A DNA stretch of 63,081 bases, filler included, from Hyphochytrium catenoides (taxonomy: Eukaryota; Protista; Hyphochytriomycota), in assembly GCA_900088475.1 (NCBI GenBank). It is 6 parts of 6 records of this genome, joined end to end, with 100 filler letters (N's around TTAATTAATTAA, not from the genome) between each part and the next. Parts side by side here need not be neighbours in the genome. Positions count along the whole stretch, not along the records: positions 39,035 to 51,921 come from FLMG01002339.1; 5 more parts are not named here. One strand, given 5' to 3'. Below the pieces are notes generated by a model. It did not search any database and was not told the origin of the DNA. It was given only the letters and a program-made list of their open reading frames with translations. Below, piece after piece: positions 38,935 to 50,656 of the stretch. Every line of letters starts with the position of its first letter. The stretch's first letter is position 1. A program made the translations under genes and the position numbers.

Positions 38935-39034
38935 NNNNNNNNNNNNNNNNNNNNNNNNNNNNNNNNNNNNNNNNNNNNTTAATTAATTAANNNNNNNNNN
39001 NNNNNNNNNNNNNNNNNNNNNNNNNNNNNNNNNN
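38935..39034. other. Artificial contig-joining spacer
   Basis: N44-TTAATTAATTAA-N44. Confidence 0.97.
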
Positions 39035-39789
39035 GGCAATTTTCCTCCTATGGGCATGCTCTGCGACGTATCCTGTCCGAGCCTCTGCAAAAGGTAGGGT
39101 GTTGAGTTGCAGCGAGTCAGAGACAGTAACACTCGTAGGCTATGCATTATAACGTCTAGTATGTAGTTACTCCGCTTATTAGTTTCTCCAACTAGTAACT
39201 AGGAAATAAAAGTACAGTAAATTATAATGACGAGTGGCTTGATGAGTCGAGTGTAAGGGATGGGTAAAGTAATCAAGGACTGGGTGAATGAAGTAATCAC
39301 GGGTTGAGTGGATGGGAGCCACTTGCAAACTGGCCTATTCATCCCAATTAGTGGTGACGTATATCCTCCCTCCGTAAGCTGTTGTTGGCTTGGGCCTCAG
39401 GGGCGTGATGCATCTCGAGCTTACCGACACACAGAAAATGGAAAGGATGATCTTCGCCTTTCACTTCAGGCACATTCACTACAATAATAATAGCTTCGCC
39501 CTTCGGGCTCGCAATTATCCTCCATTGTAGGCAACAGGGGTTTATTATCAGTGCTACTTGCTGACCATCTGTCACAGCTTCACTTAGAATTATTTATGGC
39601 CAGAAGAAGGAATGCTAGTAGCAGCAGCGAGATTGATTCTTCTCGTGAAGATGAACAACAACAACAACCGTGAAAGAGTTCCTATAGTAGTTCTATAGTC
39701 ATCATCAACACATTCTATGATCGAATTTTTGTTTTTCTGTCGTTCTTTCGCGCTTATGAAGCTTATACGATAGCAAGGTGGCGTCCTAC

Positions 39790-39910
39790 TAGGGCGCAGC
39801 ATATTGAGAACACGCCCCCTGCGCCCTTGGGGCGCAGACCAGGCGCAGGGTCTTGGGGCGCGTGGTGGAGCTTGCGCCACCAGCCCTACCCAGGGATGGT
39901 CCGCGCTCCA
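39790..39910. repeat. GC-rich cluster of short nested palindromes
   Basis: GGCGCAG three times plus CTGCGCC; hairpins CTGCGCCC-ttg-GGGCGCAG, TGGTGG..CCACCA and CCCT..AGGG. Confidence 0.6.
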
Positions 39911-40385
39911 CGCCCATGTTCTCATCAGAAGGAGTTCAAAGAGCTTCAGAAAGGTCGAACTCAACTGTCCCATCATCTACAGTTTTCGAAGGTAGAGACG
40001 AGCTCCATCAACATCCGTAGCCCACACTTATTACTCGGGCTGGAATCAGCTTCATCTCCGCTTGAGAGTGATGAACTCGTGATGCCCTCAGATGACTATA
40101 AATCCTCCTCCTCTTCTGGGTCGGACTCGTCGTATCCATTATCAGCCGTATCGCTGGAACCGGCAGAGATTCGACGCTAGAATATGGCAGTGTCTAATTG
40201 CGCAAATGGTGGTCTGCAGAGTTAAGATAACTTATTTATACTTTAGAGGAAGATGGAGCTCATGCTCCAGGGAACTAACAGGTTGCAGGAGATCTCTTCG
40301 GTCTTGTTGAGCAACGTGACAGTCCACCCTCCGCTGTTGCTTGGTTCTCTCGAGTCCAAGCACTTCCTCCGCTGTCCCTCAACTT

Positions 40386-40827
40386 CATCAACCTCCCTTC
40401 ACAGTTCTACTGAAGAAGGCCGATAAGCAGGCGTAGTCCTCCCATCCAAAGGGATATGTGAGGACAATACTGCGACCGCTGGAGGAGATCAAGCAAGCAC
40501 CATAGATCTTGGTGCTTGGGGGGAAAAGCTGACTCTGGCTGAATGCCCGCAAATCTCCAGACTCGATTCCTTGATCCCATTCAGCCAGAGCCACCTTTTT
40601 CCCCGAAGCGCCAAGATTCCCTTCTGCTTGGAGGACCCCAGAAAGAGCATCTCGACGAGAGGTTACTGCTCCTCCTTCTCATCTAGAGAACTATGGCGCT
40701 CGCGTGATTTTCCCTCCAGCGGTTCCAACAGCGTCCTCTCATATATTTCTCTAACAAGTGGACCTACACCTGCTTATCCTGTAAGAGAGCGTGGATTGTC
40801 TCATTCCGCTGGGTATCTTCGTTGATG
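40386..40827. repeat. Long imperfect inverted repeat (fold-back), candidate hairpin-RNA locus
   Basis: Nested complementary blocks: 40506-40545/40578-40617 (35/40), 40493-40505/40691-40703 (11/13), 40475-40485/40713-40723 (11/11), 40454-40465/40733-40744 (11/12), 40422-40436/40764-40778 (14/15), 40386-40392/40821-40827. Confidence 0.88.
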
Positions 40828-41486
40828 CGAGACATAGCGCCAGGGGAATCTAACTGCCTACTTGCAGAGTTCAACCTACACTTGTACGCCAGGAAAGAGG
40901 AGGTTAACAGAGGTCTGCATTGAAGATGCCTTGAAGGGGAACTTTCCTACTACCAAGAAGTCCTGGGACCCAAAATCAGCGACAAGGTTCATAATATCCA
41001 AGCTGACTATGCTGCCGCAGTCCAGCATTGGGAGGACATGCAGTAGGTCATATCTGAACCCAAAGCCGGCTGGTAGAGGTTATAGTATTACACTCATTTC
41101 ACGGTCTCTTCTTGTCAATCTGCAAGTCTCTGACTGAAAGTTGTCAACTAATGGTGCGTAATGGCGAACAACAGTCTAACTAAGCGGTGATGAAGTTCTT
41201 CCAAGCGACGTTTGAAGCTATATTTGTCACAGTTTACTACCCTCCTTGGAAAAAGAAATGCACAGGCGGTCTCTAGTGCGCGTGGTCTCTCATGGTGTCC
41301 TTTAGCGAGCAGACTGTGTATTGCTGAATGCCATAGCCTGAACTAGATAAAGGCACGATTGGTAGATAAATCACCTTCCTCGGCTTCTAGAAATCTCTTG
41401 CATCATATGACACTCACAGAGCACTTCATAAGCAAGGATCCGCTCCCATGGGCTGGCTTGCCTTTAGCGGGCATGAGTTGTTTTCT

Positions 41487-42726
41487 TCAAAGTTCCCGAT
41501 GCCGATCTTCGTCTTCTTGGTATTTCTTCGAAGAACTCCGTTCTTGTGGTATCTCCTGTCGTCTCTTTCTTCTTTTATCTGCTTCTTCGCGTAAGATGTT
41601 ATCGGTCTCTTTTGCCGTCAGAGGACATAATTTTAGCTCTTGACATAGCGTGTTGGCGTCCTCTCCCGTGCTGAGCGCGTCAACTATATCGGAAGAGTGA
41701 ACTCGAACGACCCGTTTACATAGTTCCAATGCTATTGATTGAAAAGGCAGGAGAGCAACAGGTACTTGTTAATGGTAGACCGATTCATGAGAAGTAGATG
41801 GAAAGAGAGACAGAGAGCAAAAATTATACAATTCAAAGAGCCAGGTGTACAATAGAAGCTTAAGGTCTGCGACTCATGATCATAGTCGTTAAGAGATTGA
41901 TGACGCAATAGAGGAGGATCAGATGCGGTAGGACCGAGACTTACCATCTCTAGGGTTGACTTGCCCATATTTCGTGTTTGGAAGAAGCTCACAGCTCTTG
42001 AACAATAAGGCTACCACTCGTTCTTCTGACACCCGACTGGTGAGTAAGGAGGCAACACTCTTCACCATAACCTATTCACGGGCAGTCTATGAGAGATATC
42101 ATCACGAGGATGGACAGAGTAGCGGACGTTGACAAGCACCATGAGCTCAGTACAAGCAGGCGAGCAAGAAGGAGTCAAGAATCTCAACTTCGGAGGTCCT
42201 TCTTTTCTACAACTACAATTGTTGAAGGAAATTAGGGGTCTAGTCCGCAGTAGACCAGCTCCTATTAGGAAGTGGAACTATCTAAACCCTACCTGGCAGA
42301 AACCACATGCGTAGCTTTTTCCTGAAATAAAGCGCGAGGATATGGAGCCGCTTTTATTAATGAGGAGAAGCTCTTCAAGAAAGACCCGAGGAGGACGTAT
42401 TCTACCCTAGGAACCAAGCAAGGAGAAGTCGCACCTCTAGAAAAAGGATCGCCATCTGCCTGCTGGTTAATCCACTGCTTGGCTTGATCAACGTACTTGA
42501 TATAGGAGTTAAGGCCCTCGAGCTTCTCCTTTGCCAGGTCCTCAAACCATCCTGACGATTTCCTGTCTTGGGCATCTATCACCGCCGGGTAGGAAATTAA
42601 CAACCAGACAACAAGTGACAAAGCAAATAAGCTCTGCCTAGGAACTGGAAAAGAGACTACGCGGCCTGGTGCGAGGTGTTTTTCCTTTCCGCACGGTGCC
42701 ATAAGGACGCAACTCCAGTTGTTCAT
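41487..42726 (-). CDS. Secretory saposin-B domain protein with C-terminal HREL, 4 exons
   Basis: Hydrophobic signal (LFALSLVVWLLISYPAVIDA). Spliced SapB with six Cys: ACGFCQ|VMVKSV..FKSCELLP..|LELCKRVV..IVDAL..TLCQELKLC. Start could be 42726 or 42702. Confidence 0.82.
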
Positions 42727-43028
42727 CAGCCCACCCGCAGAAAGAGAAAAGTCTTTATTGGCCACCAAGCCAGGGACATCCTATGGTCGGCTACGAATCT
42801 CCGTTGTCATGCCTGGAAGAGACTAAGTTCTCGGTTGCAAAGATCTATGGAGGCAATTTACAAGGCGTTAAACTGCAGAGAGGGGGTGGGGGGTGGGGAG
42901 CAGGAATGCAACCGACAACGGATTTAATATGGACTACTTCTTATTGTCTTTCCTGCGCGGCATCTACCTGAACTATCTACTAGTGCGCAATCTTACCTTG
43001 CAACCGATAATGAGGCTCCCTCGCGGCA

Positions 43029-43340
43029 TAATCAATAGAATATAGGCCTCGACTCAGCTTCTGGATCCTGGATGGATTTATAGAGCTTTTCTCTGATCAG
43101 CGCGCTGCACTTGTACGACGAAGCTTTCTATTGATTACTAAGACAAATAAGGAGCTGATAATCAAGGTATCCATTGCCTCGTGTACGAGTATGTGATGGA
43201 TCCGGTGGCTTTTTTTATGGGACCATCTCCCCTAGGCTCATACTATAACAATCACGTAAAGTCCGCTTTCCTGGAATTGAGTTGACTCTATCTTAGAGTA
43301 CGGCTATGCATTAGGAGGCAGACACCTTGGCATCAATAGA
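43029..43340. repeat. Direct and inverted copies of a TAATCAATAGA-type motif upstream of Argonaute
   Basis: TAATCAATAGAA (43029-43040) is the exact reverse complement of 43126-43137. Related forward copies at 43159-43189 and 43332-43340. Confidence 0.6.
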
Positions 43341-43867
43341 GGACTCTGTACTGACTCTGTCTGGCTTTCCGATTGAAAAACCACCAGAAGAGCCGAAGTA
43401 TGGTTTATTCGCTAAAATACCTGCTTAGTAAAATCACCGGGAATTTGTCTTCTAGCCTAATAAAGGTCCTCATATTCATATATGGCATTTTAATCTTTCT
43501 CTGCTCAGAACCTGCATGCAGGATCAACTCGCAGCTGAACAACTTCGCTCACAGAGACAGAGGCCATACATCGATATCTCACTACCTCTCCTGACGCTAA
43601 ACAACTACCGGCTCTGGTACTCTGTCTTGCATCTTGCTTTTGCTAGTTCCTTCTTCTGAAGAATCTGCTCCAATTTCGCCGCCGCCCACCGCCAATCCCG
43701 CCGCCACCAAAAGAGCATGAAGATTATTGCCAAACAAGAGCCTGAGCGATAAAGGCTGAGGATCAGGCCATCTTCTGGGCTTCCCTGCACATACAGGAAG
43801 GCTCCTTGGCGCTTACGGGATTAGGACTGACGCTACTTATCCTTGAGACTAGCGACTTGATCCAATT

Positions 43868-46800
43868 ATGAGTGGAAGAGGAGGTCCGTGTTTCGCCCAG
43901 ATATTACTTCGTTTTATCCCAAGAACGCTAACCTGACACTCAACTCCTTCTGTTTCGCTTTCCTTCATTTTAGGCCGAGGCGGCCGTGATGGTGGCCGAG
44001 GAGGTGGCGGCCGTAGCGGAGGACGAGGTGGCCGAGGCGGCTATGAGGGAGGGCGTGGTGGCGGCCGTGGCGGTTATGATGGTGGCCGTGGAGGACGTGG
44101 GGGCGGCCGAGGTGGATACGATGGAGGTCGCGGAGGTCGTGGGGGCGGGCGAGGTTACGAAGGCGGAGGCAGAGGTGGCGAGATGCGCTATGGAGACCAG
44201 AGCGCCCCGTAGGTTTATCTATCTTTATTTTGCTCATCATGGTTGAATGTTGTCTCAAAAAGATGCCTTCTTTCTCTTGGTAATAGGGCTCCACCCCAGC
44301 CACAGCATCTTACGCAGCCTGCTGAGATGGTCCAGCCTGATCTTGAGCTTCTGGAGAGAAAGGTGGACACGGAGTTCCCCGCTCGCCCAGGCTTTGGCAG
44401 AGCTGGCAGACCGGTCCAACTACTCGCGAACCACTTTACTGTGAACTATAACCCCCAGGTTGGCGTCTACCAATATGACGTCGGTATCACGAGGAAGCGA
44501 AAGTCCAAAGCCCTAGAAGGGGAAGAGGAAGGAAAGGCGAGGAAAGAGGTTTCCACCGGCAAGGGCGGGAGTAAGGCTGATCTTCCTAAGGCTCTGATCA
44601 AGCGCCTTCTCGACCACTTTGCAAAGCAAGCTGGCAAAGAGCTTGGACCCTTTGTCCACGACGGAAGAGGCAACATTTTCAGCACCCAGAAGTTTCCATT
44701 TGAGGAGAAAGTGTATAAGGATATGCCTGGGGTGACTGAGGAAGGAGAGGTGGAGAGCACGGAGCGAGTGAGCTTCGACATCACTGTGCGCTTCACCAAG
44801 GCTGTGGTACTATACCAGGTGCAAGAAATGCTGCAGGGAAGGCTCAATTATACCCCGCAAGACGCCATTCAGGCACTTGATATTGCAGCTCGTTATGGAA
44901 CGTCCATGCGCCTGGCCGCTCATGGAAGAAATTTTTTCTCCCCCCACGGAGCTGTGTCCATTGGCGAGGGTGCAGACGTATGGAAGGGTTACCATCAGTC
45001 GCTTCGTCCCACCCAGAGAGGTCTTACTCTCAATGTGGACTCAGCTGCCACTGCCTTCACGTCTCCTGGACCGGTCATTGATATTGCTATGGAGGTCTGC
45101 CGTCTTCGGAGCCCTGACCAGCTAAACAGGGGGCTCAGTCCCTTCCAGAAGAAGGGCCTGCTCGCGGTTCTGAATGGTATTAGAGTGGAAACTACTCATA
45201 ACCCCGACTTCAGGCGCCGTTATCGAATTATTGGTATCTCTCGCATGTCCGCACAGGAGTCTTTTTTCAAGGATGAAGAGGGGAGGGAGGTCTCTGTTGC
45301 CGATTATTTCCAGAAAGCTTATGGGTATCGACTTCAGTTTCCAGGTGCTCCCTGCCTCCAAGCTGGTTCCAGGAACAAGCCCATCTTGCTCCCAATGGAA
45401 GTCTGCCAGGTGCCTCCTGGACAAAAGCGTATTTCAAAGGTCACGGACAATCAGGTGGCAGCGATGATCAAGGTCACCTGTTCGAAGCCTTTTGAGCGTA
45501 TGAGGGACATCCAAGAGAATGTCCGGCAGGCAGGCCTTGGGAAGGATCCTTATTCAAAAGCCTTTGGAGTCTCCGTGGAGCCCGGGATGATTGGCATTAC
45601 CGCCAGAGTCCTTGATGCTCCGGAGGTAGTCTATTCTGGCTCTTCAGAAAAGCCAGCTCAGGGCGCGTGGAACCTCAAACAGAAGCGCTTTTTCGAGCCG
45701 AATACCTTGGGATCCTGGGCTGTGGTTAACTTCTGTGACAAGCGGTCCTGTGATCTGGATGCGACGAGGNNNNNNNNNNNNNNNNNNNNNNNNNNNNNNN
45801 NNNNNNNNNNNNNNNNNNNNNNNNNNNNNNNNNNNNNNNNNNNNNNNNNNNNNNNCCGTCAAGGGACGCCTGTGGAGAACATACTTTTCACGGCCGCAGA
45901 TCAGGCGCGTCAAAAGACTCAACACAACTGCCAGCTGATTCTGTGTATCAAGCCGGACCAGGGTAGCGGGCTGTATGGAGACATCAAGAGAGCGTCGGAC
46001 ACTGTCTTGGGCATCCCCACCCAGTGCGTTATCTTGAAGCATGTGTTCAAGCTTAGCCCCCAGTATTTCGCTAACGTCTGCTTGAAAATAAATGTGAAGC
46101 TGGGAGGGAAGAACTCCAAGCTGCGGAATGCGCTACCAAAGGTGGCGGATGTTCCCACGATCATCTTTGGTGCTGATGTCACTCATCCCAGCCCAGGAGA
46201 CAAGACACGTCCGTCTATTGCTGCGGTGGTGGCCAGCATGGATTCCTACTCTTGCCGCCACGCTGCTGCAGTGCGCACTCAGGGGCATCGGGTGGAGGTC
46301 ATTGCTGACCTTAAGGGCATGGTCCGGGAACTGCTGATCAAGTTTTACCAGGCCACGGGACACAAGCCGCACCGCGTTATCTTCTATCGTGATGGAGTGT
46401 CAGAGGGACAGTTCCAGGAAGTCCTGCAATATGAGATTGCGACTCTCAGACATGCTTTTGAGTCGCTAGAGCCGGGCTATAACCCTAGCGTTACCTTCAT
46501 CGTCGTTCAGAAGCGCCATCATACTCGACTCTTTGCGACAAACAGGAACGATCAAGACCGGAGCGGGAACATCCCAGCAGGAACAGTGGTGGACAGGGAG
46601 ATCTGCCACCCTCATGAGTTTGACTTCTACCTGTGCTCTCACAGCGGGATTCAAGGCACTTCCAGGCCTGCACACTACCATGTGCTCTATGATGACAACG
46701 CTTTCACAGCAGACGAGTTGCAGGTGCTGACTTACAACCTCTGCTACACCTATGTCCGCTGCACTCGCTCTGTCTCGATCGTCCCGGCAGCTTACTATGC

Positions 46801-46945
46801 ACATCTTGTGGCTTTCCGAGCGCGATTCTTCTTGGAAGAAGAGATGTCCGACGAGCAGAGTGTGGCTACGACCGCATCCAACGAGACGCTTCTTAAGTTT
46901 GCCGCTGTCCATCCGAATCTCATGGATGTGATGTACTTTGCCTAA
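43868..46945 (+). CDS. AGO: Eukaryotic Argonaute (AGO clade), RGG-rich N-terminus, intact DEDH tetrad, 3 exons
   Basis: Exons 43868-43883, 43974-44208 (RGG/GGY repeats) and 44287-46945 (N, L1, PAZ, MID, PIWI; contains an N gap). Motifs [43 protein letters not shown]; ends MYFA*. Confidence 0.98.
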
Positions 46946-48085
46946 AAATCTCTCTTCTATTTCTTCCTCTGTCTCTCTCTCTCTTGTCTGTTGCCGTGCA
47001 CAGTGTTGGACCTCTTCTCTACTCTTAGAATATTCTCATGCTTGATTGGCTAGCTCTTCGGGTGAATCAATGACAGATGAAGCCGCTTGTCGCTCCTCAG
47101 AAGGGCAATCATGCCGTAAGGGTTAAAAGTAAGAAAGATAAGATTGTGTGGTTATTAGCCTTTGTCTACGTCTGGGCAGGGTCTCTACCCGCGAGGAGAA
47201 GGAAAGCAGAAGACTAGAGGGAAGTGCTAAGAGAGCCTTCGTTCCGTATTGCCCCACAATGAGGTGGTAGCCCTTTCCTTTGGTCAAGGAAGAGACGTCG
47301 CCCGTCTAGTGTGGGTGGCAGACACTTGAATCAGGTAGAGAGAGGAGAGAGAGAGAGAGTTATAAGCCACTCAAAGGAGGAAAGCCACGTCCCGTCGATG
47401 CTGCTGCTGTGGTGACTCTACAGACCTAGTCCATCTTCTCGTCTAGGACGGCCTTGTGGGCCACATCACTGGGTCTATGTTTGTCTATCACTGGTGATGC
47501 GCGCTTGGTTCCTTTCTTCTCTGTCTCTCTTTCTTCCGCTGCAAGTCTTTCTCCAAGTGTTTGCTTTCTCGCTTACTACGACTAATACCTTGAAGTCATC
47601 CCTACACTCTTTGTACAGCAGTAGATCCCTGCCCGGCCCTGCCTGGACAACTGTCGACGAAGCTCTGTCAAACTCTGTGAGGTGGAAGGATGGAGAGAAA
47701 GCTTCATCTGTCGTTGAATAAGGGAGAGGCGGGACCTACTCAGCGCGAGAGGAAGGCGCTTGGATTCATAGGTTACTCTGCTCAATACTCTCCCTCTTTT
47801 TCTCTCTCTCTCTTTCTCTCTCTTTCGATTCATCGGCCGAGGTCGCTAATAACTCTTGTCATGCTCCGCTGCTCCTCCTCCAATCCCTCTCTCACCCTTC
47901 TCGATGCCCTCTCCTCAGACAGTTCGCCTCTTAGTCAGCTAATGACAGCTGTTTGACCCTCGGGCTCTCTCTCCATTCCTGTAGGAGCACTAGCTGTCTT
48001 CTCTGACAGATTAGGAAATCCGTTCTCTTCTTTGTCTCCCTCCATCTCTTTCTCTCTCCTTCTTCTTATGGTGCTTCCGCTACTC

Positions 48086-48487
48086 TCATTGCCTGCCCGC
48101 TGGCTGGCTGCCAGTTATTTCCTGAAAGTCTCCGGGCGCTCTTTGGGACGAGTCTCCATATTCTGCCGCGGTGAGCCCTCCTAGGGTCCCAGGCGTGCCC
48201 CCTGTAGAAGCGCCAGTGTTATAGCCAAAGCCCAAGCCTCCAGGAGGTGCCCCCATCCCATAGCCTGAGAAGGCAGACCCGCCGCTATGATGGAAAGACT
48301 CGTCGTCGTTTGCTGTCAGTTTCTCTTTGATATGATGGAACTTCTCTTTCGCCTTCTCCGTGATGCTCTTCTTCTCTGTCCCGGCGGTCTCTCCTGAGTG
48401 GCGAGGGACAACATTAGAGACAGTGGTACTGCTGTCCTCAGTCCCGGAGAGGTCACCCGCATATCCGCCGCTAGTCCGTTCCGCCAT
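48086..48487 (-). CDS. Small Gly-rich hydrophilin, dehydrin/LEA-like
   Basis: 133-aa ATG ORF with no Cys or Trp, rich in G/S/T, containing EKKSITEKAKEKFHHIKEKL (cf. dehydrin K-segment EKKGIMDKIKEKLPG). Confidence 0.62.
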   Translation of the reverse strand: MAERTSGGYAGDLSGTEDSSTTVSNVVPRHSGETAGTEKKSITEKAKEKFHHIKEKLTANDDESFHHSGGSAFSGYGMGAPPGGLGFGYNTGASTGGTPGTLGGLTAAEYGDSSQRAPGDFQEITGSQPAGRQ

Positions 48488-49485
48488 TGTCGTCTTCCGC
48501 TTGAGAAAGCACTCTGGTGTCTCTGATGGGTGAACACTATCCCTCTTGTCTCTCTCTCTTTCTCGATCCCTGGGTTTGTCTCTCTCTCCTCGTCACCTTA
48601 TCTTTCCTCTTCTTCTGCTGAGACTCAAATGCAACAGGCAACACGTTCCTCCGGGGGTAGTGATTATAAGTGAATTTCTTACTAGTTGAGAGCGAATAGT
48701 GCAAACTATCTGAGCCACCAGGAGAGAGACAGAAGAAGATGGGAAAGGTTATGATTGACAGTGAGCAGAAAGGAAGTGGTAGGCCTTGTTCTCTCCGCAC
48801 CGAGCAGGTTGAGAGGCCGCGTAAGGCCGCAGAACAGAGCCAAGGAACGGAGAGGAAAGAGAGACGAAAGCAAGGTCTACGCAGAGCGCGGAAGAGAGGA
48901 AGGAAGAATGGAGAGAATAAGAGAGAGGGAAGAAAGAGTGAAGAAAAGGAGAGGGTGGGTTCGTAAGTGAAAGAAGACCGGCGAGCAAAAGAAAGGAAAA
49001 GAGGCGAAAGCTAGAGACAGAGTGACACACTCGGGTTAAAAGAGCACTCCAAAAAGAGGGACAGACCGCGAGCGTGAAGAAAAGAGTGACGCTTCTCTGC
49101 CAGAAGAGAGAGATCGTGAGGGGAGAAGGGCATTGCTCTCTCTCTCACTTCCATTGGTTCCTACCTTCTAAGGTTACCTGTGGGGAAGAGTCATTGAGGA
49201 GAGATAGTCGAAGATTGACGATGCAGTACTTGAGGGGAAGAAAGAAAAGGTAATCAACAGAGGAGTTACATGGGGCTGGAGAGCAGCGAGTGGGAGGCGC
49301 GAAGAACAGTTGTTGGATCCAGCGACGAGAGAGAAAGGGACCCGAGAGAGCGACTGAGAGTGAGTGAGAGAGAAGACACGGTGATGGACCGAGAGAGCGA
49401 GGGAGAGTGAGTGAGAAAGAGAGAGAGAGCGAGGAGAGAGAGAAAGAGAAAGAGAGAGAGAGAGAGAAAGAGAAAGAGAAAGAGA

Positions 49486-49548
<63 letters not shown>

Positions 49549-50656
49549 GCGCGAGAGGGAGAAAAGAAGAGGGAGAGAGAGGAGAGAGAGAGGAACATAA
49601 GCATTCTCTTTCCCTTGTGGGAGGGCGAAGCGGTGTGTTCTCCAAGTTCCCCGTCCGTTATTTACTGCACAAGAACACCAAGCCGCAGGTGCGTACGACC
49701 ACGTTAGTAGCTGTGTATCACTTGAGCGTACACTACCTTCGCATGACACGAAATTAGGAGTGTTGCACCGAGGATAACGTCTCTTACTTTTTGCTAAGAT
49801 GCTTGTCTGCTTATCTTCCTCCAGCCCGCGGGGCGGTTGCTACTGATCATCGTTGTTATATTATTATTGACAGCGTCTGTTGTTGGTCTTCTTCTTCTGC
49901 TGTCTCTACTATCTTTGCCTTCAGCTGCTCTTCGTCACTTGGCCATGCAGCCTGCTGCTGCTGCTTGCTGCTGCTGCTTCTTGGTGCGTCCTCTATATAA
50001 TGCATGGTGGAATATTCCCTTGCTGCTTTTTCGGTGTGGTGCGCGTTACTACTACTTGACTGCTGTGCTGCTCCTATCATCAGTAGACTCGGTGGTAGGA
50101 GGAGGGAAAACAGACAGCAGAGGAGTATGTTCTTGTCTTCCACCTCTAATAAAGACATTCCCTAAGTCATGCTTGTCTTCTGTTCCAGCAGGTTGTCCCT
50201 ATTCCTTATTATAACGTACCAACAGACGTTGCTCTTCAAACTCTGTTCTTCTTTCTATTTTAGCTAGTTTACGCGTAGTGTGGCTGGCTGGCGGCTAGTG
50301 GGCTACTCAGCCACAGGGAAGTAGGACCGCCACGAAGGATCAAGAGCCGGAAGTTGGAGAATTCGAGTGACTCATGGTGGGGCATATATGCAAGAAAGAC
50401 CAAAAGGTTGCTTACTATGTTCTCATATAAAAATAAATAACAAGGGACCGGTGCAGCGTTAAACAGTCCCGATAAATCGCCTTCTTTTGAACTCTGAGAG
50501 AAGAATGATCTCTTGTTGTCGACTGTACTCTGGACGCTTCTGCTGCCTTTGAAGCGAGAAGATAAGAAAGGGAGGCCCTTTCTCCCAACCCACTGCTCAG
50601 TCTACCCTATCTTTGCTTCTTGATCACGGTTTCACTCTCTTTCAGTTGATCCCTCT

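Noticed and set aside
39855-39910. tRNA-Ala-like fold (GGGGCGC/GCGCTCC-A with G3:U70, CTTGCGC loop)
   Set aside because: Only ~56 nt, with no D arm and no T-loop/B-box; better explained as part of the GC palindrome cluster.
43965-44303. His-rich and Val/Ala/Glu-rich ORFs in the track
   Set aside because: Antisense and alternative-frame shadows of the AGO RGG exon.
43868-46945. Prokaryotic Argonaute defence system
   Set aside because: Spliceosomal introns and canonical eukaryotic AGO-clade motifs; no operon-like partners.
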